64,000 nt of DNA from Minutocellus sp. GHC0000111 (lineage: Eukaryota). A model generated the notes under the pieces. The model ran no database searches and had not been told where the DNA came from. It was given only the letters and a program-made list of their open reading frames with translations. The DNA is taken from the NCBI GenBank assembly GCA_977018835.1, contig OZ361258.1, positions 2,108,001-2,172,000 on the forward strand, written 5' to 3'. Shown here in pieces: positions 1 through 11,289 of the stretch. The position numbers and the translations under genes were made by a program. The stretch's first letter is position 1, and the number at the start of each line of letters is the position of its first letter.

Positions 1-1544
1 CCCTTGCCGTTTTGAATCTAAGGGATGAAACGGTGTTGCTCGACGCCATTGGGAATAGACTTGAGAAGGGCGATGCCTTTGGAAAGTTGACGCGGAAGCA
101 GCTACTTACAGTGCTTTGGTCATATGCAACTCTGGATCGTCCCCACCAAGGCATAATGAGAGCTTTCATGAGGCGATTGCGGAAGGTCCGTCACCAGCTC
201 TTTGCCAGCGACATCGCTCAGGCCATCTGGTCGGCGGCCCGTCTTATCGAACGACTTGACAACGAGGCAGAGTTGGACGATGCATCAGGGTCATCGTATG
301 AACTAGATGTCGCGGCAGCCCAATTGCGAGAGGAGGCCATTATGTTGTGCCACACCTTATCGAATGAATTGATGAGCCCCGTGAGCAATGATAGCGCCGA
401 ACCGAAGTTGCTGGACCTCACCGCTGGTGCAACAGCGGACATTGTCAGGGCCTTCGCTGATCTGGAAATTGGTCACGAGGCTCCGATCCTATCCGCATTG
501 TCGTGCCATCTCCGACAACCCAAAATCATGAAACATTGCAGCCTCGACAGCATCGCTCGACTTTTGCTTTCGTTCCATCGTTTGGGTCTCAAAGAAGAAA
601 CGGAAACGATCCGAATTCTGTGCAATCGATTCACTGAGCTTGTGCACACCAACCAATGCGATGGCAAGACGCTCAACACAATTTTACGATCGGTCGTTAT
701 GCTTCAACCAGTGCGTGGTGATGCCTCGTACCAGAGTGTTTTCGATGCTGCTGCACGGATAATCAATGACGATGATCGTGGGATGGCCTTGTGCTCTCAG
801 TGCAATGAATTTGAGATATCGAGCATAATTTGGTCATTTGCGAAGGCAAAATATGTCGATGATGGGGTGATCTTGCCAACAGGATGATAGAGGAAGATGT
901 ATCGCAGCTATGCTCACCAAGCTCTATAAGCCGCATGCTGTGGTCTTACACTGTGCTATGCATCCACCCTACTCTCGCGCAAGGACGAAATGTCATCAAA
1001 GGATTTGGCCCAGACAATTTGGTCGATTGGAAGGCTTTCAGAGTTGATCGATATCGGAGAGCCGGGTATCAAGGAATTTGCATCCTTGGCAGTGAATTTG
1101 GCAAAGAAATTCAATGGCATCGAATTGAGTAGCGTCCTTTTTGGTCTGGCCAGGCTCGGTTACAACGACGAAACTGTTGTGAGCGTCCTGACTTCTCGCT
1201 TCCTCGAGCCATCTGTTCTGGCGGAGTCCACGGCCAGAGACATATCATCGGTCATGTTCTCCTTGGGCATGATGGGCCATCGGGATGTAGATTTGTTCGC
1301 CAAGCTCAGCACGGCAATGATGGAGAATATAGACGAGACGAGCTCGGAATCGATTGCAAACGCCTTAACGGCCTACGAGGCCATCGACATGGCACCCCCT
1401 CGGATTTTGTTTGATCGGTGGGCCAGCGAAAAGCTGGGAATTCAAGGGAGACATTCCTTCATTAGTCAAATTTTGGGCGATGCCGTTGCTAGCCCCGCCG
1501 AAGCCATAGCCAGTGGCACCGGTAATGAGCTCATGGAAGCATAG
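1..1544 (+). CDS. Helical-repeat organellar RNA-binding-like protein (RAP/FAST/OPR-like), 5'-truncated by window, frame breaks near 870-885 and 960-990
   Basis: Recurring helical units with 'W(S/A)xAxL' cores: QLLTVLWSYATL, DIAQAIWSAARL, EISSIIWSFAKA, SISRMLWSYTVL, DLAQTIWSIGRL, ELSSVLFGLARL, DISSVMFSLGMM, spread over ORFs 12..887, 884..~960 and 990..1544. Confidence 0.6.
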
Positions 1545-1687
1545 AAACGAAACAATTGAGATCCGCTCTACGATGTAGGCATACTGGTATATTGATCTAA
1601 TGGATTCACTACTCTAGACTTAAATTCTGTCTACCACATAGGTCCATCCTTTTTTCATAACATACATGTCCGATCAAGCCTCAATCC

Positions 1688-2527
1688 TCAATCCTCGGTA
1701 GAGGGTGGATCCAAGCGCTTGACATATCTGGTGAGGAACAAACTCAAGAACAAGCTAACAAAGTGCGAGAGGAGAGTATTGGCGTTGGCCTGAACAATCA
1801 ATATGTCCAGAGGCTGCACCGTCTGGAGCGCCACGGACCCACCACCGATGCCACCGGCGGCCATGGCACCAAAGGGACTTAGACCACCCGCGGTAAGCAC
1901 CTTGGTGGCCAGTGAGCCGATGATCACGAACGTACCCAAAAGTGTGATGAGCATGCCGCTCAAGTTCAGCGCCGATGCCACCGTTACGGCGCGTCGGAGA
2001 AGGTTGGCAGATTGTATTCTGCTGGTCTTGCCGCGCAACAGTCGGTTCGACAACCGCGCGCCGCCCCACGTCCAGAAGATGCTGGCGAAGCTGATGGCAA
2101 TTCCCACCCCGCCGATGAAGAAGCTGGCCGAGGCCTGATTCCTGGCCGCGCCGCCCGGGCTGGACGCTTCGATTGCCGCCAGTCCGACGCTTCGAGCAAA
2201 AAGCAGGATCACAGCGGAGATAGTCGTGAGTATGATCTGGGACCACCAACTAAACCACGAGGTGCGGCGGAGGGTGTAGGCCGTCGTCTCGATGAGCTTG
2301 TCGGGCTTGTTCCGTGGCCCTCCTCCCGACTCGGAGGAGGAGGTGGAAGATGCAAAGAGGGCGCAAGATACGCTCGTTTTCGCGGCATGTGTTGGCCTGA
2401 CCGACGGTACCGATCGGCTCAAAACTCGGGAGGGACATTGCTGAAAGGCATTGCAAGATTATGGTGAGAGAAGAAGCACAAGAAGTGCCACCGCGATGGA
2501 GCGGAGCGGCGCTGTTAGGGTCGCCAT
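1688..2527 (-). CDS. DUF3611-family membrane protein, plastid-targeted; in-frame TAA at 2461-2459
   Basis: RRTSWFSWWSQIILTTISAVILLFA and QPLDILIVQANANTLLSHFVSL motifs. The ATG at 2527 is in frame with ORF 1688..2422 and gives signal peptide MATLTAPLRSIAVALLVLLLSP*SCNA-F (heterokont ASAF-like cleavage). Confidence 0.75.
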
Positions 2528-2837
2528 CTTGGTGCTCGGTTACGGTTGGGTATGCAGGCTGATGCCGTTTCCTAATCCTCCTTTTTCCCTTGCTACCTTT
2601 TTCTTTTTATTCAAAAAACATTCTCTGGAGGTCTCCCGTTTTAGCCCCCGCCCCCCGCCCTGCAGCCCCTGATCATTCATTTATGCCACCCTTTGTCACG
2701 AATATCAGCTCATCTTATCTTCTCGAGCTCCTCTCCAAGTCAATTACATGTAGTTCAGTATTACCCTGCCTCCCTCCTCTCCGTTGCTTTTGGCAGAAGA
2801 TCACAGGATATAGAAAGAGTCTTAATAGTTGGCTGCA

Positions 2838-4345
2838 ATGAGACGAGCACGAACCTCGGCGTCGTCGGCGGCTTCGCCGGTCACGTCCTCCTCCCACATG
2901 TTCGGGTTGCCGGCATTATTATTGCTGGCCTGCCTGTCGTGCTGGATGGGTGGTAATAATTATGTCCTACTCGTGGATGCCGCCCACCCTCAGAGACTTG
3001 TGAAGGATTTTATGGAGGACGGCACGCCCGTGTGGAACTACGTCGACCTACCACCTTTGGACGTTGCGCTCGATTCCATGGATGGGAAGTTGTCGTCGTC
3101 GGATGATATCGATGAGGAGGGGAGAAAGCTCGGAGCCGAAGACGACCTCCGTCGGTTGCAGTCGGCCAACGGCTGTCCGGCCCAGAGTAGGGACTACTCA
3201 GTTGCGTTTGAGCAGGATGTCTATATTATTCTCTACGACGTCGAACGGATCATGACTGCCGGAGAGCAGAGGGCCTTCGAGAGGCGAGTATTGAACATCT
3301 GGAACAACCCCAACAACAAGTGAGTCGACTCTGTGTGTGGTCCTGTTTCGAAACCATTTCTTCGTTATTGTTATCAGCGTATTTCCTTTTGACTTGTTAG
3401 AGTATATGTATGTCATGCTTTGCTCTCCATCTAATCTCATCTCAACGCACATATATGCATGCATATGTACCCCACTTCCCCGCATATCGTACTCGTAGCT
3501 GCTTCACCTCGTGCTTCTACATCGATAGCGTCGTGGTCATTGAGCAGACTCTCTTGGGTGATCACGATCCGGATTTCGACTTTATAAGTGACCGTCGCGA
3601 TCTCGCCGAGGAGGACGAGGCCGAGGCCGGGGAGGACTTTGCTCGCACCCTCGAGGCTGCCCTGTCCGATGATTCCTTCAGTGACGACGATCATCGTCGT
3701 CTGGATCCTGGGCACGTGCACAGACGAAGGAGGAATCGCGTCAAGACCAAGGCCAACGGCCGGTGCCGCTCGGCGTGCCGGACGCCCATCAAGGCCAGGG
3801 ATCGGCGCCTTCACGAGCTCGAGGAGAATCAACGCATGGTGGACGTATCGAACGATGGGCAGATTGCCGACTACTACCGCGCCCTCGACGAGCACGACGA
3901 CTACTACCAGCCGACCCACCGCCGTCTGTTCGGCTGCGAGGAGCTGCTCCAAGAAGAGCTGGAGGACATGGCCAGGAGCTATCGTGGGACTGGCCAGTCG
4001 GCCTTCAACTGCCTCTCCTCCCTCCGCGTATCGACGGCCCCCGATAGGGACGAGTGCATCCACACGCCTCACAGTAGCCGCAGCAGTGTTAGCTCCGTTT
4101 CGAGCTACTCGGGCAAAGGAGGTGGAAAGGGCGGTGACTACCGCAAGCGGGAATCGAGATCGTACAGCACTGGCAAGGGCAAGGGTGGTTACACGTACAA
4201 CACGTACAGAACTCAGAACAACAATTACTATTATGCCAATTCCAAGGGCAGCAAGGGAGGAGGCAACTACTACGGAAACAACTACCGAACAAGCTACTAC
4301 GGCGGTGGGTACTACTCATCCAAGGGTAGCAAGGGTAGCTTTTAG
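2838..4345 (+). CDS. Secreted protein with multiple RxL sites and a Gly/Tyr/Ser/Lys-rich KxxK tail (cell-wall-protein-like); intron 3320-3498
   Basis: Hydrophobic N-terminal segment (LPALLLLACL). GTGAGT...CGTAG intron joins ORF 2829..3323 to 3410..4345 in frame (NPNN-N-CFTSCFY). RKL/RRL/RDL/RTL sites; tail SKGSKGGGNYYGNNY...SSKGSKGSF. Confidence 0.7.
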
Positions 4346-4557
4346 ATCGTACATGTAGACATACACGGAGATCCATGATTGCTGATGAGCAGGATAAGGA
4401 TACAGCCTTCAAGGAAAATAGGAATAGTAAATACATATTGAAATTTGTATGGTGCATTGCTGCATGTAGTGGTAGCTACGTGTACGATAAAGCACATTTG
4501 TCAGCGGCACATTTTAATACTACGTAGCTATCTACTACTAGACCAGTCTCGCTCTTC

Positions 4558-5757
4558 TCAGACCGCCTGTTGGGCCTTGTCATTCATCACCTTTTCTAGC
4601 TCTCTCATATTCCACTGCCCATCTTTTTGGATCGCCAGGGCCATCTTGAGCCCTTTTCCATTTATCGTACCTGCATAATAGCTTCCATATATTTTTTGTA
4701 GCACCTCATCGTCACTAGCTATGGCTTCATGATAGGCTGACATGCTTTTTCGCTCCTCGCTATCCATTTCTTCACAAGCTTCCTGGTAAAGTCTTAGCGC
4801 TTCTTCGAGTTCCTCTTTGCTCACTTTACCCCGATAGAAGAATTTCCAAAGGTTTTGTACCGAGAGTTCTAAACCTGCCTCGGCTGCAAGCCGAAAGTGC
4901 TTGACAGCGAGGTCAAAGTTTCGTTCACTCGCCTCAAGACAGGCGAGGTTATGACGCGCCATCACACTTCCCATTATAGCAGCAGTCTTCATGTGCTGTC
5001 TACCTTCACCTACATTTTTGACAAAACCTCCATCACCACGTTCATGCAATAGCCCAATGTAACTCATCGCATCTGCGTTGCCCAAATCAGCGGCACAACG
5101 GTAGAGCTCCAATGATTTGGGTATGTTCTGCGGCAGGCCCCACTTCCCTTCTTTGTAGCCGGCCGCCTTATGCATGATAGCTCTCATGCTTCCTTTTTGC
5201 ACATGAGTTTCCAAACGGCTGAGATATTCGGCGCCGCTCTTATGAGCGGGTGTTCTGCAGAAGGGGCAGGTCGGATCAGTCGGCGGCAGCTCTTTTTTCT
5301 TCCGCTTCTTGTTCGTGATTCTCCAGACTCGTGTGTGCTCTTCGATGCACGCGCGGCACAGAGACTTGTTGCAGCAAGTCAAATATGTAGATTCGTGTGG
5401 AGCTAGAGGCAACGGTACCATACAGACCGGACAATCCTCATTGGGCAGATGCGGCTTCCACAATTCGGGGTCATCATCAGTCTTCGTGTCACTCTTATCC
5501 GCATTGCCCCCTCCGCTCTTGAGTCTATTGTCTGCGCCGCTCTTGAGCTCCAGCTCGATGCGCTTGCACTTCTTCTTGTGCGCCCTGCGATGGTTTTTCT
5601 GGCAGGAAACATTGCAATACCAAACGGATTTGCATGCGGTGCACTTCTTGAGCGTGGTGCTGGACTTGTTGCATGAGGCACAATGCTTCATCTCGTCTCC
5701 AGCATTGGTGCTTGACGCCTCATTTTTGCTCGCGCCCGTCTCTCCGGTCTGCTTCAT
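4558..5757 (-). CDS. MYND zinc finger + RING-like + Sel1-repeat protein
   Basis: CASC...CTACKSVWYCNVSCQKNHRRAHKKKC (MYND); CPVC...CCNKSLCRAC...CPFCR (RING-like); Sel1-like repeats (AADLGNADAM, AAIMGSVMARHNL, AAEAG). Confidence 0.9.
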   Translation of the reverse strand: MKQTGETGASKNEASSTNAGDEMKHCASCNKSSTTLKKCTACKSVWYCNVSCQKNHRRAHKKKCKRIELELKSGADNRLKSGGGNADKSDTKTDDDPELWKPHLPNEDCPVCMVPLPLAPHESTYLTCCNKSLCRACIEEHTRVWRITNKKRKKKELPPTDPTCPFCRTPAHKSGAEYLSRLETHVQKGSMRAIMHKAAGYKEGKWGLPQNIPKSLELYRCAADLGNADAMSYIGLLHERGDGGFVKNVGEGRQHMKTAAIMGSVMARHNLACLEASERNFDLAVKHFRLAAEAGLELSVQNLWKFFYRGKVSKEELEEALRLYQEACEEMDSEERKSMSAYHEAIASDDEVLQKIYGSYYAGTINGKGLKMALAIQKDGQWNMRELEKVMNDKAQQAV

Positions 5758-6202
5758 CGAGTCGATAGCCGAGCGGCGAGGGGTACGACGTAGACGTAGT
5801 TGACGATGTGACGATTACTGCTGCTGCCTGCAATTGCTGTCTACTCGTAGTAGGTTCCAACCAACCTGCAAGTCGGCTGCTGCTGCCGCTGCTACGAGCT
5901 CGTATGCTGCTGCATGCTATCGCCATTGCTGCCTCGCTCGAAAGAAACACACTCCCATAAAATGGTCTCATCGGGCCGGTCTGACCGCCGAATCTTTCAT
6001 CGACAAATTGCGGGGCCTGTGACCCCGCATCATCAGGTCATCGCGTCATTGCGTTTGTGCCCATGGCCTTCGCCGCTGCTCCGCCCAACGCAAACGCCCG
6101 CGCCGACGCCTTCCAATTCAGCACCACTTACACTCACTACGTAGCTACTCTCGCTAGATCTAGCTAGGCCAGAGTCTACTGTCGTCGGGAAAGACAAAAT
6201 AA

Positions 6203-8964
6203 ATGGCCAGCAGGTCGAGCCCGGCCAAGAAGGACGACGTCCAGGTCAAGGCATTGCTTGGCGCTGACCATAAGATGGAATCGAGCTCGGCCGCGCATGC
6301 GGCGGGTGGTGGCGGAACAAACTATGTCTCTTTTGACGTCTCTAAGAAGACCGATGCATTCAACGACGCCAGGCGTGACATTGAGGCCGGGGGGGAGAGC
6401 ACCCTGCTCGGCATCGGCTCCAAGGGAAGCGGCACCAACCAGAACGGCACCGCGGAGAACAATGGAGGAGGCAATTACATGACTAGTGGGAAACGCCCAC
6501 TTCGTGATCAGTTTATCGCCTTCAAGACACTGGCGGCACCATATTTCTGCGAAAGTAAGGATGGGCGCTGTACATTTTACATCCTCGTTGTGCTCACACT
6601 GATGAACAGCGGAGTTCGTGTCGTGTTCAGTTACCTGGTGAGAGATTTTTACAATGCATTGGAAGAAAAGGACCAAGAAAAATTTTATGAGGTTATCATT
6701 CAATTCATGTTGGCTTTATTGGCCATGACGCCCATTGCAGTCTTTTACAGGTTCCAGGCATCGGTATGTGTTCAATTGATTCAAATATGTACGCCCTACT
6801 CCAATGTATTCGATCCATCGCAACCAAATATCTTCTTCATCTTTTTTTCTCACCATTCTATTGGTTCGATTGCATTCACTTGCTCTGGTGCTATCGCATT
6901 TTCTAGAGGTTGAGCATCAAATGGAGAGATTGGATGACCGGACGAACGATGAATCTGTACTACTCGAATCGAGTGTATTATACGCTTGAACGAGGGCGGG
7001 AGATTGACAATCCAGATCAAGGAATTGCCGAGGACGTTCGAACCTTCACCAATCAGTCCTTGAACCTGTTTTTGAACATTGTCACATCGACCATCGACCT
7101 CGTCAGCTTTTCCATCATTCTTGCAACCATCCGAGCACAGCTGTTTATTGCTATTTTTGGATATGCCACCGTCGGGTGAGTACCATGCAAGACATTGGTT
7201 TTTGCATATATATATGATTCCTATATTTGTGTGATTGCTTCTTTCGAGCACGTGTGATGTACTCATACTCATACCCTTTGTTATCACCACTCGTGTTGGA
7301 AACAGAACCGTCGCGACATATAAAATTGGCAAGAAATTGATACGTCTGAACTATGAGAAGCTGCAGCGTGAGGCCGATTTCCGCTATTCGTTGGTCCGGG
7401 TGAGTACCATGCAAGGCATTGGTTTTTGCATATATGTGTGATTCCTATAGGCGCCTATATTTGTGTGATTGCTTCTTTCGAGCACGTGTGATGTACTCAT
7501 ACTTATACTCATACCCTTTGCTATCATCATACGTGTTGAAAACAGATCCGTGATAACGCGGAGAATATCGCATTCTATAACGGTGAAGACATAGAGGAGA
7601 AGGAGGTGGGACATCGCTTCAATTCTGTCATTGGAAATATGAGAGAGGTCAATGTCGCCCAAAGGAATTTGGATCTCTTCACGACGTCTTATTCCTACTT
7701 TACGTGGATCCTACCAATTGTCGTGGTTGCGCCCGAGTATTTCGCTGGAAACATTGCCATGGGGTGAGTAAGAGTAAATAAAATTGCCTATTGGTTGTTG
7801 TCAGTTGGCCGACTTGCGTATTTGTTGTTGTCAGTTGGCCGACTGCCCTTCGATTTCGTTTCATCCAGCGTGGTGACGCAATCCAGTAGTGCATTTAGCC
7901 ATGTCCTGGACGACCTGAGTCTTATTATCAATTCGTTCACCGACCTTGCTGAATTCAGCGCTGGCATCGAGCGTCTTTATCAATTTATTTCGGCGATCAA
8001 GACTGCTGATCCAGAGCGCGATGGTGATGCACCCCTTCTGATGTTACCCCCCGGATCCAACGACCGTGGCTTCTTGTTTACCCGTAAGAACGAAGCGAGT
8101 AGACGGATCGATACAATTGATTTGCGACAGCATCCGCTTCGATCAGAACAAATCAATGGCTCATTTCCCGGGAAAGATGTGGCGCTTTCGTTGCAGGGTG
8201 TGTCTCTTAGAACACCTGATCACCAAAGGCGTTTGTTCAAGGACGTTAGCTTTTCGGTAAAATGGGGCCAACACCTTTTGATTGCCGGTCCAAGCGGGGT
8301 GGGCAAGAGCTCCCTCTTGCGTGCGATCGCGGGTCTGTGGACGTCGGGTGATGGTATTATCGAAAGACCAGCTGATTTGGAGACCTGGTTCTTGCCACAA
8401 AAACCATATTGTCCGCTTGGGTCGTTGCGAGATCAGCTTCTGTATCCGTCGACTGGCGACCTTTCCCCCGATGATTATCCCGATGGACACAGATTGAGCC
8501 AAACTCATGTCTTGCGGCAGAATATGTCGAGTTCTAGATTATTGGCGATATTGGAGCAGGTAGATCTGGCTGATACTGCGGTCAGAATGGGCAAGGGCGA
8601 TCCCGTGCGAGGCCTTGACGGAGTGGCTGATTGGTCGAACATTTTGTCCCTCGGCGAGCAGCAGCGACTGGCTTTTGCACGTATCTTGGTGAACAGGCCT
8701 CGGGTTGTCATGATGGATGAAAGCACAAGTGCTCTTGATGTTGCTTCTGAGAACAAGGTCTTTGCGTTACTGAAGAATCTGGCCGAAGAACAACGACAAG
8801 CTGGAATGCCAATGACGTACGTATCTGTGGGCCATCGTCCAACGTTACTGCGGCATCATGACGTCAAGCTTTTGCTCAAGGGTGGAAAGGATTATTCTTT
8901 TGAGAGCATCAGTCAAAGTGACAAGGATGCTGTATCAAATGAGGCTGTTTTGTCGAACTTTTAA
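6203..8964 (+). CDS. ABC transporter subfamily D half-transporter (ABC_membrane_2 + NBD); introns 6764-6906, 7176-7305, 7400-7545, 7764-7868
   Basis: IDNPDQGIAEDV; EADFRYSLVR-IRDNAENIAFY (EAA-like); Walker A GPSGVGKSS; FLPQKPY; signature LSLGEQQRLAFAR; Walker B MMDESTSALD; VSVGHR. All four GT-AG introns restore the frame. Confidence 0.93.
7176..7545 (+). repeat. Two near-identical adjacent spliceosomal introns (7176-7305 and 7400-7545)
   Basis: Both read GTGAGTACCATGCAAG.CATTGGTTTTTGCATATAT...CCTATATTTGTGTGATTGCTTCTTTCGAGCACGTGTGATGTACTCATACT...CATACCCTTTG.TATCA.CA..CGTGTTG.AAACAG; the flanking exons are unrelated. Confidence 0.93.
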
Positions 8965-9217
8965 TTACAATGTATTCTGATGAGGATGATTGGGCTACGT
9001 AGCTCGAGGGCACTCTATGGAGATCTTAACAAGCTTATATATTACTCTAGTATATAGAGAGCCAAACTACGAGACTTTAGTTTGTTCAGCGACTAAAAAT
9101 GAACCCGACATCGTCCCCACAACTCGGTTCCAGCACATTGACTTACTGAGCTGTACCTGACACGTGTAGATCTAGATCATTTACAATGGTTGCAAGCTGC
9201 AGGCTATCGGTACGTAG

Positions 9218-11006
9218 CTAGAGTGTTACAACGCTGCCATCTTCGGATGCATAACTCAGCCGTTCAATCTTGATAAAGTTGGCCCCATTCACAGCTTTCT
9301 TCAATTGATTTTCGTCCGAACATCCACAAATTTGTTCTAGTCTCGATTTTCCGAGGTTGTTCTTCTTGAGCATCCCCTTGAAGTCAGTGTCGTATTCGCA
9401 CCGTTGCAATTCGGTCTTGACCTTGCCAAACAAATCGCGATACTCAACGTCACTAACATCCATCTCGATCGTGGCCTTGTACAGCAGGTGTTCCTGTCTC
9501 GCCTGCTCCTCGTTCATCAGGGTATAAGAGAAGTGCGTGTCGGCCTTTATATCGACGATGCAACAGAGACTGGCCAAAATGTGCTTCGTAGCGGGCAAAA
9601 ATATGGCCGGCAGCCTCCCGTTGTTCGTCCTCTTGTGCATGAGCCGATCCTGGATGGCGGGGAGCGTGAACTTGAAGAATCCCTCCTTGGCATACCGCGA
9701 GGCGGTGTACGAGGACCCAGGAAGGTAGATGTAGTCCATAAACACCTTTCCGAAACGAATCGCCATCCTCTTCATCTTGCACGCCACGCCCCGGTCGGAG
9801 GACTGATTCCAATCACCCGCCACGTGCCGATCCTTCCGAAGCCAGCTCTGCGAGGTGTAAAAGTCGTTGCACGTGTATACGTTGGCTTTCGCCATCCTCT
9901 CCAGAGCCACCGCCCTCGCGGTGTCCCTGGCGTGGACCATTTCCATGTTCGTGGTGTTGACGAGGTCGGCAATCTCGCGAATCGCAATGGTCTTCTGAAG
10001 TGCACTGGCAACGTCCCAGGGAAGCTTGCACTCTGTGCGAGCCACGTCCCGAATGTCGGTAAACGATGCGCCGAGGAACAGCATGTCCTCGTTCCCGGTA
10101 TCCCGCCCCTGGGGATGGTACAGAGGATGGAAGTCCATCGGCTGGATTTCCACCACCCCATCTCGTCGTTGCTGCTCCTCGAGCTTTCGAGCCTTTTCTT
10201 TCGCTTCGGCATTTGCCACCTTCTCTCTCTCTCGCTGCTTCCGCCTATAGACTCTTTGTTCCTCCCTGTTTTTCTCCTGAGCTTGCTTCTGAGCTTGCTC
10301 CTGCCATTCCTGCTGCTGCTGCAGAAGCAGTCTTGACGCGACGAAAGGGTCGTCCGCATTTTCTCCGGGCCCTCTCCGCATCCTTCTCCTGGGCTTCCCT
10401 CCGTCGCTGTGCAGCTCGATCGTTCACATCCGCAGCCTGGAGCCCAGTGGCAGGAAGAACAGGCGCCGCCTGGTTGGGGACGGGGTGCGTGGAAGGATGT
10501 GGGAAATAGTGGCGAGTCCCAGATGGCGGAGGAGGCGGGACGGGAGGATGATAATGAAGAGGCGCAGCTGGTTGCACCTGCTCTGATGAAGCCGAGCCTT
10601 TCTTCTTCGTCGATGAAGGCGGTGGGCCCTGCATGTGCATGTGCATGTTCGGCGGCAGCGGCGGTGGATAGGGACCCCAACCATATCCTGGCGGCGGTGG
10701 TTGATGATAGTAGCGCCCAGGCAGAGGAGGGCGCCTATTACCATAAATAATTCCGGAAGGGGGAGGAGGAGGAGGTGGCGGAGGGGAGTACGCGCCGGGT
10801 GGCGGAGGTGGCGCAGCAGCACCCCCAGGGTAGGGGTACATGAAGGGAAATCCTGCTTGTCGAAGCGCACCAGGCCCCGACGGCAATGGCTTTCCCAGCT
10901 GCTGCACCACGCGCTGCTTCTTCCCGTCATCCTCGGCAACCGCCGGCTGTGAGGCCGCCCTCTTCTTACTACTACCAGCAGTACTAGAAGTATCCATGTC
11001 TCCCAT
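9218..11006 (-). CDS. Hypothetical protein: Pro-rich N-terminus, coiled coil, globular alpha/beta C-terminal domain; frameshift near 10360
   Basis: ORF 10245..11006 and ORF 9218..10381 join with a 1-nt shift at the T run 10359-10362 (ERARR-NADDPF). Confidence 0.55.
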
Positions 11007-11289
11007 CTCCTATCCTCGGCAACCGCCGACTTTGAGGTGGTCACCCTGTTGCCCTCTCCCCTTTGTAAAATAAACCTCTCGAATATTCACCTGCCCAAAT
11101 TTGAAATAAATCGGTGCGAGAGTTGGCCCGCCCCGGATTGTCCGACCGGCGCGGCAAATATTAAAAATCCCAATAAAAAGTATGTTCATTGATGAAAAAA
11201 ATATTCGAAGCGTTCGTCCTTCGTCCGTGATGGCGAGGCATCCGTCCTTCGTCCGTCCTGATTGAACCAAATCCAGCCAAGCGAGAAAA

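Noticed and set aside
7789..7845. Short tandem duplication (TTGTTGTCAGTTGGCCGACT x2) in ABCD intron 4
   Set aside because: Real but an ordinary slippage duplication, unrelated to the duplicated introns 2 and 3
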